A stretch of DNA of 64,000 nt from Eledone cirrhosa (GCA_964016885.1 OZ024749.1:40734001-40798000); one strand, 5' to 3'. Counted from the first letter of the stretch, positions 12,375 through 25,201 are shown. The notes: generated by a model not told the origin, from the letters alone. Program-made: numbers and translations.

Positions 12375-12551
12375 ACTGGACTTTCCTAGTGATTTCATAC
12401 GAATGAAACGAAACAGTTCTAGCCCTGTAGAAGTTATTTTGATATAAAATAAATATACCTATATTCTACTACCGTATTGAGTACCTTGTTTAACTGTGGC
12501 AACCTTATGATACCCATTGAAAATCTACTCATAATTATATATATATATATA

Positions 12552-12735
12552 ATCATTTTTATGGCTGTATTTCCATGCTTGCATGAGTTAGTTAGATGTG
12601 TCCGCTTCAGTACTATATTTCTCCACTTCTTTCTTTCTTTTGTCTCCCTTGTGAGCTTCAGTTTCTTGAGATCAGCTTTCACAACCTCTTGATTTTCCTC
12701 CCACTTGAAATTCCTGGCACTTCTTCAATCATACA
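12552..12735 (-). mobile_element. Decayed RTE LINE 3' fragment
   Basis: KADLKKLKLTRETKERKKWRNIVLKRT resembles [28 protein letters not shown] of the 32.9 kb copy; tail abuts (TA)n. Confidence 0.7.
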
Positions 12736-13081
12736 TCCTGTAAAGTGTTTACTGCTGTGCCATGATAAAATGCACACAAAACACTGTGTAAAGTGATAGT
12801 GCTGGTGTAACAATAAAATGTATCCAACACACTCTGTAAAGTGTTAGTGCTGGTGTCACGAAAAATGCACCAGTACACTCTGTAAAGTAGTTAACTTCAG
12901 GAAGTACATTCAGCTGATGAAACCATGCCAAAAATGGAATATTAACCAAGAAAGGAGCAAAATTGAGGAAACCAGTGATTACAAGGGGAGCTATGTGGAC
13001 TGAGTCTCTGAGAACTACTTGACAGGGGCAATGGATATGTGTACTGTAACTGTTCTATTGATTTACCTACTGGTTATAGGT

Positions 13082-13250
13082 TTAACCTGTTGACTGCCGT
13101 GTATATTTTACACAGCTACAGTTGCTGTGCCGGGGTTTTTTTTCTTCAGTAAAATGACTATTTTTTTAAACAAACATTTATCAACATCACATATCTGAAT
13201 GATTGACAAATGTCAAATCAATAAACGAGTAACCCCATCTAGCTTTGAAA
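13082..13250. mobile_element. Partial TTAA-flanked MITE, same family as 54924-55159
   Basis: TTAACCTGTTGACTGCCG... is the reverse complement of 55030-55163. Confidence 0.7.
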
Positions 13251-14054
13251 CACACACATACACATACACAACACAGTGTGACATCACAAACTTTCAAAAA
13301 GAAAAGAAATAACAAAAGAAAAAATGTCAGATTTTTGCTTTTTTTTTTGTTTGGTTTTTCTTTTTATATTAAAATATTTTTCCTTCTTAACTGATATAAT
13401 CATCATCACCATCACCATCATCATCATAAACATTGCTATCACCACCATCTTCATAACCATCCTTCTCATCACTGAGTGTTTGGTTATGCATTATAGTGGT
13501 GACGCTGTGTGTGTGTGTAGGATGCTGTGAGCTTGTGTGTGTGTGTCTGTGCATGTGTATTTCTGCCTGTGTGTGTGTGTATGTGACCGTGCATATGTCT
13601 GTATGTCAGTTGTAAGTTGGTTGCTGTATCGTATGTTTTGTATCACCTTGATGTAGTTAACATTTGGTGATGTGTTATAGTAAATTAGTTAACTGGTTTA
13701 TAGTATGTTTTGTAGCATATTGATGTGGTATAGTAATTAAGTTGGTATATAGTATGTTTAATATCTTGGTGTGGTCGGTGTTGGGTGTTACCATATTTTT
13801 CTGAGACATAAGGGGCAACTAAAAGGATTGACACCAGGAAAGGCATCTGGCCGTAAAACATTGCCTTAAATGATGAGTAAGAAGCCTGTGATGGAACCTA
13901 CAAGGCTAACCCCTGTTTTAGCAGGGAAAATTACCTTAAAACACTTCTTGATGCTGTATGTGGTATGTTTTGTTATTTAGGTGTGATTGGTGAGGTGGTG
14001 TGGGTATTTGATTGGTGGTGTGGTGTGTGTGTAATGTACAGGGTATTGGAGGTA

Positions 14055-15179
14055 TTATTGTAGATCTATCGTAATCCTAGAAAGTTTTGTTGATTCATCA
14101 GCAACAAAGATATAATTTTGGTTGCTAAGAGTAACAGGCTTTAACCAATTAACCTTATGAGCAAGTATAGATGTGAACACTTTACAGTCAGTTGTGCTGT
14201 TGTTGTGGTGACTGTCATCAACATCATCACTATCTTCACCACCATCATGTACAGTGTTGCTATGGGCTGATCCCTGTCCATTTGTCATGTGTCCATTGAG
14301 CTGGTGGTGTTGGTGATGGTGGGGTTGTTGCCCTACCCCAGCACCATCTACACCCTCACCAGAACCACCCAGCTTCTCCAGGTCCCAAACAATAATTTGT
14401 TTATCGTTGCCACCAGAGACCAAGAATCTGTTGCTAATAAAGTCCACCTGACACACACCCTTATGATGACCCTTCAGAGAGAAGCGGTCTCGCAGATGTT
14501 TGCGACTGCTATCGAAAACCTTGACAATGCCATTCTCAAGAGCACAGGCCAAAAACAATCCATCTGGCGAGAAGTTAATTTGGTGAATAAGAGGTGGATT
14601 CAAAATTTGGGCCTCATCAATGTTTTCGCCAAGAATCTCCTGCATATTAATCTCATTCATCACCTTCGGTTTAGCAAAATACCAGTGTATCAATTTACAG
14701 TCCAGCCCAGCAGTCATTACTTCCCATTGATGGTTTGGACGGAAGACAACAGTCGAACATATATTGGAGTGTTTGTGATGCAAGGTCATCGACACTTTCT
14801 TTTCCTGGAGTGAGAAAAGCTTCGTCTCGCCAGAGTCATCGCATGAAGCGAGAAGGGTTTCCTTGTCATTCATATTCAGCTGGTTGATTTCGTCAACGTT
14901 GTGGTGATATGTTTCCACAGGGTTTGGCAAAGTCCGCCTGTCAAACCGGCAAATTTTCTTATTGAAAGCTGCAAACAGGTGTGAGCCATCCTTAGAGAAA
15001 CGAAGAGATGTGCAGTCATTGTCATCGTCATCATCAGAGATGTATTGATGCAGTAGCTGCCGTGTAGCAGAGTCCCATATATTTAATGTCCCCATCTCTC
15101 CTCCAGCAGCGACCATATTATCAGTGTAGTCAACACACAATAAGGAGCCATTCTCATTACCCTGGTATGTTACAGTTGC
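14055..15179 (-). CDS. WDR53: WD40-repeat protein, WDR53-like, main coding exon
   Basis: Open from acceptor TTCTTGTTCTAG| (15180/15179) to TAA; A-T-V-T-Y-Q-G...LLCVD, DEINQL, LASCDDSG, HSNICSTVVFRP, GLDCKLIHW, NPPLIH, GHHKGVCQV, VSGGNDKQIIVWD and KVNWL match recalled WDR53 motifs. Confidence 0.85.
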   Translation of the reverse strand, partial: ATVTYQGNENGSLLCVDYTDNMVAAGGEMGTLNIWDSATRQLLHQYISDDDDDNDCTSLRFSKDGSHLFAAFNKKICRFDRRTLPNPVETYHHNVDEINQLNMNDKETLLASCDDSGETKLFSLQEKKVSMTLHHKHSNICSTVVFRPNHQWEVMTAGLDCKLIHWYFAKPKVMNEINMQEILGENIDEAQILNPPLIHQINFSPDGLFLACALENGIVKVFDSSRKHLRDRFSLKGHHKGVCQVDFISNRFLVSGGNDKQIIVWDLEKLGGSGEGVDGAGVGQQPHHHQHHQLNGHMTNGQGSAHSNTVHDGGEDSDDVDDSHHNNSTTDCKVFTSILAHKVNWLKPVTLSNQNYIFVADESTKLSRITIDLQ

Positions 15180-15224
15180 CTAGAACAAGAAGAAAAAGAA
15201 AAGTCAATCAATTTTACTGAATGA

Positions 15225-15982
15225 TTTTGGAAAGGAACGAAGCTTGCATGCTCCGTTGGATGTGTAATAGTAATATACGTGAACGGCAAAGCATAAATGA
15301 ACTAAGTGAGAAATTAGGAATAAGAGGGATCAGATGCTGTTTACTCGAGAGAAGACTACGTTGGTATGGCCACGTGATGCGCATGAAAGACGACAGCTGT
15401 ATAAAAAAGTGCAGGGCGATCAAAATTGATGGTAGTTACGGAGTAGGTAGACCCAGAAAAACCTGGGACGATCTGATAAATTCCGACCTTACACACTTAC
15501 ATCTCTCTAAGACAATATCACTGGACTAAGATCTTTGGCGCTACGCATTAATACAGAAGACCCGCCTTGCCTATGTACAAAGCGAAACCTACAGTCAGTA
15601 GGCACCTCTTAAACAAATATACACCCCAATCCACTACCCCTACCCTATCCTCCCACTCCCACCAATACCACCCTCTCTCTATAAAGTTGGTACCACAACA
15701 TCCAGTCCAAATAAATGAGATAATGAGATCAAGATTGTGTAGGTGTCACGAGAAAAAAAACACACAGTCCACGCTGTAATGTGGCCGTGTAGGTAACACG
15801 GTAAAAAGTTCCCAGTTCCACACTGTAAATGTGGTTGGTGTTAGGAAGGGCATCCAGCCGTAGAAAACCTGCCAGATAGTCCTATATGAGCGAAACATGG
15901 TCACCCGACCAACCTTGCCTCAAGTGGGACTCCCGTCTAACCCATGCTAGCGTGGAAAATGGACGTTAAACGAAGATGATGA

Positions 15983-15987
<5 letters not shown>
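15225..15987 (+). mobile_element. 5'-truncated RTE LINE (C-terminal ORF remnant, 3' UTR and (GAT)n tail) in the WDR53 intron
   Basis: LERNEACMLRWMC...[13 protein letters not shown]...GRPRKTW; in-frame stop at 15527-15529; terminal CCATGCTAGCGTGG hairpin then GATGATGAT. Confidence 0.9.
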
Positions 15988-16022
<35 letters not shown>

Positions 16023-16441
16023 GTAAAACCTCATCGCTAGAACAGCCATTAAAACAACTAAAGCTGTCAAAAACACCGATGGGCAAAAATGCTTCAGAGG
16101 ACAGAGACCAGCAGCCAGTGGTTGACACCACATATGGATTTTAAGGTATTGTTCTCAAAATAAATAATAACATCTCATAGATTCGATATTATGCAAGGTA
16201 ATTATGTCAGGTAAAGCCTTTACTGTGAAAATATAATAGTAAATATAGAGTAATATAAATGCTAAAGGGTTAAGAGGGCTGGGTGGAGTAGACATATTGT
16301 TGGGAGAGAAATTGATAGATAAAGTAATAAAAAACTAAATTTTGATTTAAAATATGTAACATCCTATCTTCATTAGTTTATGAAATAGTAAGCAATCAAG
16401 CAAACAAATTAGAGGCACCTATATTGTTGATGGTTGGATAT

Positions 16442-16638
16442 AGAATGGTCAGCTGAAAAGTTCATGGGCTGACTATGAAAGACAGATACTAGAGCTGTGA
16501 AATCTTGCATGCATTAATTTCAGTCTTCTTATTAATAACAGCATTGTTTCTTTCCAGAGACTATGTTGAAAAATAAACCTCATTTGGTCATTTCATGAGA
16601 ATATCTTGGTCAGACTATGAACATTTCAGCCAACCCTA
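16442..16638. mobile_element. Tc1/mariner-type MITE
   Basis: TIRs GGTCAGCTGAAAAGTTCAT / ATGAACATTTCAGCCAACC; copies at 45404-45520 and 61917-62111. Confidence 0.7.
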
Positions 16639-17314
16639 ATAATAAATGGTATGAATTCCAGTAATAGTGTCGCTCTCCCACCCCCCAAAAAAATTAATAA
16701 TAAGGAAAATATAATAAACTCACCATTATTGTTCACAGGTGTAGTATTAGGATCTGTTTACAGGTGTTCAACTAGGATGTGTCCTCAGGTGTTCTATCTA
16801 TATTCGCAGGTATTCTATTAATAATCAATATCTAATTACGTTTGTCCCAAAACACGTTCATAGGTGTTCCAGATAAAGATGATAAAGAGCCTGTTAAATT
16901 ATAAGAATATAAAGTTCAGAAAACAGAGATAACCAGAATTTGAGGAATTAAAACAGAAACAATCATTGTCATAACAAATACCTTGAGAATTATTTTTAAA
17001 AGATATAGACAGCTACATAACATACAGAAGATAGCATTGCTAAGTATTGCATACACATATTACATAGAATACCACTTGACTTACATACACACACAACATG
17101 CAGAAGGTAACACTACTAGGTACTGCACATATATTACACTGTACTTTCAATACAATAGGGAAAAAAACAAACACTGCATGTACCCAAGACACACAGAGCT
17201 GTGCTCAACTGTGAATTGGAAGCACACAAATATAAGGCTAATGAAAATAATAACATCAACAGCAACAACAATCAGCATTAATATTTTATTACTTCTTTCA
17301 GCCAAAATACCTCT

Positions 17315-17640
17315 AACAGAGTCGTTAGAATGTCGGTTAGAATGCTTTATGGTAATCGTTCCGGCTCTCTTTGAGTTCAAATCCCACCAAGGTCAACTTT
17401 CCCTTTCATCCTTTCGAGGACGATAAAAAAATAGTACCAGTCTAGTACTAGGGTCGATTCTTCCTCTGTGTCCCTTTCTCATTTCTTCTCTCTCACTTTC
17501 TATCTTTCTCTGGAAGAAATTTGCTGTACTCAAGAGGCCTGAAGAAGATGGGCTCAGCCAGGCTTTGAATGTCCAAGAAACGCCGTATATCTATACGGCG
17601 TCGCCACGACTCTATCGGGAGTTACGGGGACCATACATAC
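17315..17640 (+). mobile_element. Composite SINE: tRNA head, Deu/Nin-like core, CT-rich linker, hammerhead-like 3' module
   Basis: Same architecture repeated at 20400-20680. Confidence 0.65.
17536..17605 (+). ncRNA. Type I hammerhead-like motif with long stem III
   Basis: GGC-CUGAAGA-[AGA UGGGC..AGCC A GGCU..GUCCA A]-GAAA-CGCCGUAUA UC UAUACGGCG-UC-GCC; perfect 9-bp stem III and GUC site, but 3-bp stem I and extra unpaired bases at the base of stem II. Confidence 0.6.
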
Positions 17641-19545
17641 ATGTCTATGATAGTAAATATAGTTCAAGATAGCTTTACATAATTTTATGTCAGGCCACCA
17701 TTATTTAATTGGTAACAACAAAGGTTTTGCTCCATAGAATGACGTAAATAATCATATGAATAAACGTGTGTGTACGTAAGCTTTGTTTTAATTCTTTATT
17801 CTTTTTTTATTTTCTTTATTAACTTCTCCATGCATGTATTTTAATTACTGAACAATGAGGTCTCAACAGTTTCAAATAGCTATATTCTATATTTAATTAC
17901 AATTGAAATTGGCAACTGTATGGAGTTGTGAAAGAATTAATTAATTGTGAAGGACTTATAACAGTAATTTGAACCTCTATGAATGGTAAACATTGGTAAA
18001 GCAGCGAACGACGAAGTGACCAAAGAGTATTTAGTTATGTTCTGGTGTTCGGCCCACGATCGTATAGTCGTGAGTTCGATTCCCGGCAGCGCTTTGTATC
18101 CTAGTAATACACCTTATTTTACGTTGATTCAGTTCATTCAGCTGGCAAGAAAGAGTTGTAATAGTAATTCAAAGAGCCAGTTTTGTCATCACATATCGTG
18201 TCATGCTGAATTTCTCAGAAATCTACCTTAAGGGTGTACGTGTCAGTAGTATATACTCAGCCACTTGCACGTTAATTTCATGATCAGGTTGTTCCAACAA
18301 CTGGAACATTCATCGTTGGAAGTGACGGAGATCCGATTATAACGTACGTGTGCTAAACACATATTGAGCCTCTCCAAAGTAATTCTACACCATTTATACG
18401 CAGTAAATCTAGTTGGATGTTGGTTCGTCACATGTGAAGTTAGAATTGATCCCCCCGTTGCGTTGTCTCAGTACTCTAGTTATTTTATTAGATATATAAA
18501 TGATCAGAGAGACAGACTGATAGAAAGAAGAGATACGAATAGAGATTAGATAGAAAGATAGATAGATAGATGGATATATAACCGAAACTGGGGGATGATG
18601 GTGGCGGTGGTTTGCGTTCATAATATTACACAATAAAATTCGTTACATTCACGGCACGTGAACTTAAATAAATCCGTGAACATTTGACAGATAGACATGC
18701 ACACAGACGAATAAACCGTCAGTTAGATGAATAAATGAATAACTAGACCAATAGATAGGTAGAAAAACCAGAGACAAACGGATGAATAAACAGAGAGATG
18801 GACATATCAACAGATAGAATGCCGGTCAGCTAAATAGTTACAGACAAGTGTACAGACGTACAGCTAAGGTAGCATAAAGTCGGACAAATTATCACAATAC
18901 ATGAAATATTTCGATGGACAATACCTTAAACTTATAAATGGAATGATATTCCGTTTTAATCAGCATCCGATTGGCACGGGAGTGCTCAGTCAATCAACAA
19001 CGATTTCCTAATTGGCTTCGATTCATAATTAGCTAATTACTATTTTACGCCGCACTCCTTGTCACTGAATAAGTATAGCAACAATAACAACAACAAAATT
19101 CTTTTTAAAAGATAGAAAGCTGAGAATACACACGTGCTTTTGTCAATAAGAAGTGGAATTTAGAACACAGAAAAATCCATCTTCATCGCTGCCATCTCTT
19201 CATGACTAAATACACACAATCTGATGACGAAGAACGTAAATTAGAAAAAGAAAAAAAACAGAAAGCAGAATGTGAGAGTAAGAGGGGTGAAAATAGAAAG
19301 AGTGAAAGATAAGAGATACATAAAAGAGTAGAGAGCGTGAAAGAGAAGAGGGAAAGAGAGAGTGAAAAGAGAAAGAAAAGTAAAAGATAAGAGAGCAGAA
19401 AAGAGAACTCGATTAAAGATAGATAGAGTAAGAGTTTCAAGGTACGTTATACAACAATATGTCAACCTTGGGACTTTGGATGTCTGCTGTGGTTATAATA
19501 CTTATCTAAAAATGGACATATTTTAATTGAAAGCATCGAATAGCT

Positions 19546-20082
19546 ACGATGTATATTCGTGTATAAGTCGCACCTCTTTTCCTCACGAAAATACGACGGG
19601 AAAGGCTAGTATATAACTTATCTACTGAACCTACAGCGAAAGCGCGTGATATAGTGGTTGTGGTGTTCGGCTTACGATCGTAAGGTCGTGAGTTCTATTT
19701 CCGGCGGCATGTTGTGTCATTGAGTAAGATAATTTATTTCTTGTTGTTCCAGTCCATTCAAGTGGGAAAAAATGAGTCATACCTATAGTTCAAACGATCA
19801 ACTTCTCACACATTGTGTCACACTGAATCTCCTTGAGAATCATGTATCGGTTACACGTGTCTGTGGAATGCTAAGCCAATCGCATGTTAATTTCACGAGC
19901 ATGATGCTCCGTTGATTAAACAACTGAATCGTCGTAACAGACGGAGGTCCAGCAACAAACAATTACCATCACAACTGAGCAAAAAAAGGCAGTTTAAAAT
20001 ATATAGTACATTGTAAAAGTTGTGTGTAAATTGGAAGTGTGACTTATCTATTGATGCGACTTATACATAAGTATATACGGTA
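19546..20082. mobile_element. pogo/Tigger-like MITE with a nested SINE (19635-19955)
   Basis: GTATATTCGTGTATAAGTCGCA ... TGCGACTTATACATAAGTATATACGG inverted termini. Confidence 0.65.
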
Positions 20083-20399
20083 ACTAGAAATATATTTATG
20101 CAGTGAAGAGAGGAAAGCATTCATTCAGTGGTTCATATTTTTAGTAATTTCAGTAAGAACGGGAGATAACTCTGGGCCCGGCCTTTTCTCATAATCGCAT
20201 TAGTGAGCCCGTGCCACCAATAATAAAAACAATTGCGTTGAACGTATTTTTTTTTTTTAATCCAAAATTGGTATGCCCATATATGAACAACCATACAAAC
20301 TGGGAAATATGCATTTCGATAAATTGATATTTTGCATAAGAGAAGCCCTACAGTTTGTATTGATTACTGACACGTTTCTTTCCGAACCATCTTTTAATA

Positions 20400-20680
20400 T
20401 ATACCTCTGTTCTCTGAGTTCAAATCCCACCGAGGTCAACTTTGCCTTTCATCCTTTCGAGGTCGTTAAAAAAAAGTACCAGTCTAGTATTGGGCCGATA
20501 CTTCCTCTATATCTCTTTCTCACTTCTGTTCTTTCACTCTCTCTATCCTTCTCTGGAAAAAAATCTGCTGTATTCAGACCTGGAGAAGATTGGGGTCCGC
20601 CAAGTTTTAAAATGCCCTAGAAGTCCCGTATGTTAATATGGTACCCCTATGACTCCTTCAAGAGTCACGGGACCATGCAC
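20400..20680 (+). mobile_element. Second, decayed copy of the SINE-hammerhead composite
   Basis: Colinear with 17370-17640; core decayed to CUGGAGA/GAAG, stem III CCGUAU/AUAUGG retained. Confidence 0.6.
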
Positions 20681-22253
20681 GCATATATACACACACATGG
20701 CATTATACTTTCCACCAACATTGCTCGTGGAAGATCCTCAAGGTTACCTGGGGCGACAAAGTAACAACTGAAGAAATTAATTTGTAAAGCAAGTCCCAGC
20801 CACTGCAAAACATTGTGTTGCGTCAGTTTTTTTTGTTTTTTTTTTGTTTATGTTTTTTTGCGGGTCACATTTTATACCTGCCAGTCACTCACCATGCAAG
20901 GACTGCTATGTCATGGATGACGGCGGAGAAGGGGAAGTGGAGGAGGGGCCGGTACAGGAACACCTGGTACTGAGCATTGGAAGAGGACCTCAGATATACA
21001 AAGACCAAGACCAGTTGGACATGAAGGGGGGGGGGCTTAGGACCACTTGAAGCTGATCATTCCAGGAGGACCCCAGACATACAAGGACTAGTTACTGGAC
21101 ATTATAGGAGGACCTAAGAAACACAGAAGCCTGTTGGACATGTGTGGAGAGAGAGCTAACGGAAGCTTGCAGCCCTGTGAATCTTAAACCGTGGGAAGAC
21201 TTAAAACTAAGACTAAATACGTTAACTCCTACTTAACTGTTGTTATACATGCAAGTGGCATCTCTGAGAAACTAGCCTTAGTAACTTGTTTTATAAATAT
21301 GCTAATTTTTCTACGCCTACACGAGTTGCAATACTGTAATACTATTTAGTCATTCCTGTCTCAACACTTCACTGTATACACAGTAAAGTCTACTGAGCTG
21401 GGGAGATCTAATACGACTGAAACATGCCTGGAGTTGTCTCCCGTACTAGTCGAAATTATTTAAAATAATAATATTAATCATTATAGCAATAGTCTTTCTA
21501 ATTAGATTTCTTTATGCTCTGCATTATATATGTTCACCACCCTACTTGATGAGAGAGAGAGAAAGAGAAGCAGACAGACAGACATTGACAAACAGACAGA
21601 CAGATTGACAGGCAAACAGACAGAGCCAGTATATCGACCCTGACACTACATTTGTTCAACTGACCTTAACAGCTATTTCGGCAAGCTGTTGAGCATATCA
21701 AACCGTAGAATATTAGAGAGAGGGGGATGAATAGAGATAGGGAGAGAAATGGATAGAAAAAGAGAGAGAGAAAAGGAATGTGACGGAGAAAGAAACAGAG
21801 ATAGAGACACTGAGAGATGAAGAGAGAGACAGAATTTGTGTGTATATGTGTATGTGGCTAGGAAAACAAATGGAAAAGAGACGAAGAGAACAGAGAGAGA
21901 GGGAAGAGGAATGGAGAAGAGCAAGACAGAGAAGAGAATGGAATAGTATAAATGATGGAGAGGTAAAGGAAAAGAAGAGAGAATGAAAAGCAGCGAGAGA
22001 GGAAGAAGGGCTAGAAGAAAGAATGAGAAAGAGATGGAACGAGGAGGTGGAAGAGCATCCAGTGATGGAGGATAAGCGGTAATGGAAGAGTGGCTAGAGG
22101 ATAGAAAGGTGAGATATAGAGAGGAAGGGCCACAAGAAGAGAAAGGGAGAGAGAGAGAGAGAGGGTTGGCTACAGGAGTAAGATAGATGAAAAGCAGAGT
22201 GGGAGGTAAAAAGATAGAGAGGAGAGCCGTAAAGAGGTACAGAGTGAGAGATG

Positions 22254-22314
<61 letters not shown>

Positions 22315-23712
22315 GTGAGAAGGAATAGGAGAGAAAAGAAGATAGATAGGGAGGAGAGCATTGGAGAGGAACAGAGTGGAGGAGGATGAGATAGAGAGGG
22401 GCTTAGAAAGAGGAGAGAGAGCACTGAAGAGGAAGAGATAGAGATAGAGAGTGAGTGTCTGTGTGTATATATATATATATATATATACACACAGACACTC
22501 ACTCTCTATCTGTATCTCTTCTGTCTCTTTAGTGCTCTCACCCTCTACAGTTATCTCCTCTCTGTCTATCTACTTCCCTCTCCCACTCTTTTATATATAT
22601 AAATATATATATATAAGAGTGGGAGAGAGAAGTAGATAGACAGAGAGGAGATAACAGTAGAGGGTGAGAGCACTAAAGAGACAGAGTGGGAGAGAGAGAG
22701 AGGTGGAAAGACAGAGCACAGGTGAGAGAGAGAGAGGGGGTGAGATGGAGGGTTTAAAAGGAAGAGAGTGAGAGGGTAAACGAATGATAGAGGAAGAGAA
22801 AAGGAAATAGAAAGACACAGATGAGAGAGGAACGAGTGAGAAGAGCGACGATAGAGTAAGAGTGGGTGAGAAATAGAGACAGAGAGGGGATGAGATATAG
22901 ATACAGAATGAGATAGTGTGAGGGATAGAAAGACTCGGAGAGGGTGAGACTCAGGGAGAACGGAGTAGAAAGGAAGGAAGGACGGGAAAGAGTGAGGGTA
23001 TAATGAGAAGAACGAAGAAAGCTGTCACCCGCCACCTTTGGTACACCTAAATATTGTTTTGTTGGTGGGTGAAGGTTTTTCTGGTTGAAGGCATCAGATG
23101 GGATTTTACTGGTTTCTTCTGCTGTATACATAACACGCATATTTATACATAGAGTTTACCAGACAGGCGTATGTGTGTATGTATATATATAGAGATATAT
23201 AAATATATGTGTATATATTACATACAGTATAACCACTAGCTGAACGTTTACAGAGAAGCCAAAACAAAACAAAAAACAAAAAAAAAAAAAGCCCATCTCC
23301 GTCACACGGCCTTAACAGTTTGAGGTCGAGAGTTTAGCGAAAAGCTGAACAAGAACTAGAAGGGCAAACCTCTGAACTAACAAGATGTGACAGGCGAAGC
23401 CAGATGAGAAAGAAGGCGTAAAGACGAAAGAGGGAAAGAAAGACAGAAAAATGGAAATGCAAAATAGATGATAACATCTGGAGAAATACCACCATTGAAA
23501 TCACAATAATAATGTAATAATAATAATTGTTATTATTATTGTTATTACTACTAACTATTATTATTACTATTACTACTACTACTACCACTATTATTACATT
23601 TATTATTATTATTGTTAACATTGGATCTGTTTTTTAAGTAACATCATTCATTTTATCTTATGTAATGTTGGAATCGTTCCTGGTAGCAGATCTTGGACGG
23701 AAACAAATTTAC

Positions 23713-23809
23713 CATTCCTGACAGTCACAATCCCTTCTCTATTTCTTTCTTCCTTCCAAATCTGACCATCGCCTCCAATCTTTCTCCGTTTTACGTCTTT
23801 CTATATCAT
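23713..23809 (-). other. Candidate WDR53 5' exon ending in the initiator ATG
   Basis: GTTCTTCAG| acceptor, 97-nt purine-rich body with upstream in-frame stops, ends GGAATG|GTAAAT; phase 0 matches the 15179 exon, giving MATVTYQG. Confidence 0.45.
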
Positions 23810-24886
23810 CTGAAGAACGGACCATAAATTTTAAGGAAGAAAGACAGAGAGAGAGATAATGGAAATGGATACAAATGAAGCGAGCAAGTGTTGGATTGCT
23901 ACTGCAGCATTATCATCGTAAAAGATGTTTTCTTCCTCTACTTCTTCATCATCATCTTCCACTGAATTACTGGAAGATTCGTCCGTGACGCCGTTGGTGG
24001 AGGAGGTGGTGTGGTCGTCAGTGGCGGCGGCAGCGATAGCGGAGGAGATGATGTTGTTGTTGGTGGTGGTATTGTACAACACATGAAAGGTAAACGGGGG
24101 CGAAGGAGGGGATCATGATATTGAAGAGAAAGAAGACAACAACAATAACAACGACGGCGACGACGAAAAAGAAGACAACAACGACCACCACCACCACGAC
24201 GATGTTTATGATGTCGATGATGATGATGATGATAGTTGTTATTGTGGAAGGAACTGCTATATATGATGTGCATGAAGAGTTTATTTGACGACCAACCAAC
24301 TAATTAAAGTAAAAAAATAATCAGTCGTCGGTCTATATTAACCGTATACTCGATGGATATATTAACTACTGACATATTATTATTAATATTAATAATAATG
24401 TTTACGTTGATATTCATTTAACGGAATGCCGTGTTAGGTGTAAACATGGTCTTACAACAACTGTTGTGTAATTGGACTTAAAACACACATACACACACTC
24501 ATATACACACAAGCATATACATAAACGTACAACACAAACAGGCATACATACACACAAACACTAGACACACTGAAATTGAAACTCATACACACAGAGAAAC
24601 ATTGACACATATACAGACACACAGACACACGGCACAGATAAGTATACATACACACAAACACAAATTGGATTTAAAACATACACACGCGCTTATAGATTCA
24701 CACAGATACAGCAGGCATACGCACAAACACTAACATATAGACAAACATTGTAGTTAAAATACACAACACACTCACACATGAATACACGCATCACAGACAA
24801 GCATAAGTACATACATAAATACATTGACACGCATTGGACTTGAAACATACACGCAAACACAGACCAGCATTCATACATACACACAT

Positions 24887-24921
<35 letters not shown>

Positions 24922-25157
24922 CATACATACACACACATATTGAACTTGAAACATACACATAGAGACAAGCATAAATATATATATATATATACATATACAC
25001 ACACACACACACACATACAAACATTGACACATACTCGCATATTGGACTTGAAACATACACACAGACAAGCATACATATATACACACACACACACTTACAA
25101 CCATTGACACATAGACTCACATATTGGACCTGAAACATACACACAAACACAGACACG

Positions 25158-25201
<44 letters not shown>

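Noticed and set aside
14289-14813. 174-aa plus-strand ORF
   Set aside because: Antisense shadow of the WDR53 exon
20909-21460. Possible solo LTR starting TGTCATGG
   Set aside because: No matching CA end, TSD or second LTR could be identified
23831-24299. Acidic/low-complexity ORFs on the minus strand
   Set aside because: Built from short triplet repeats, mostly non-ATG starts, no recognisable domain; more likely UTR or intron
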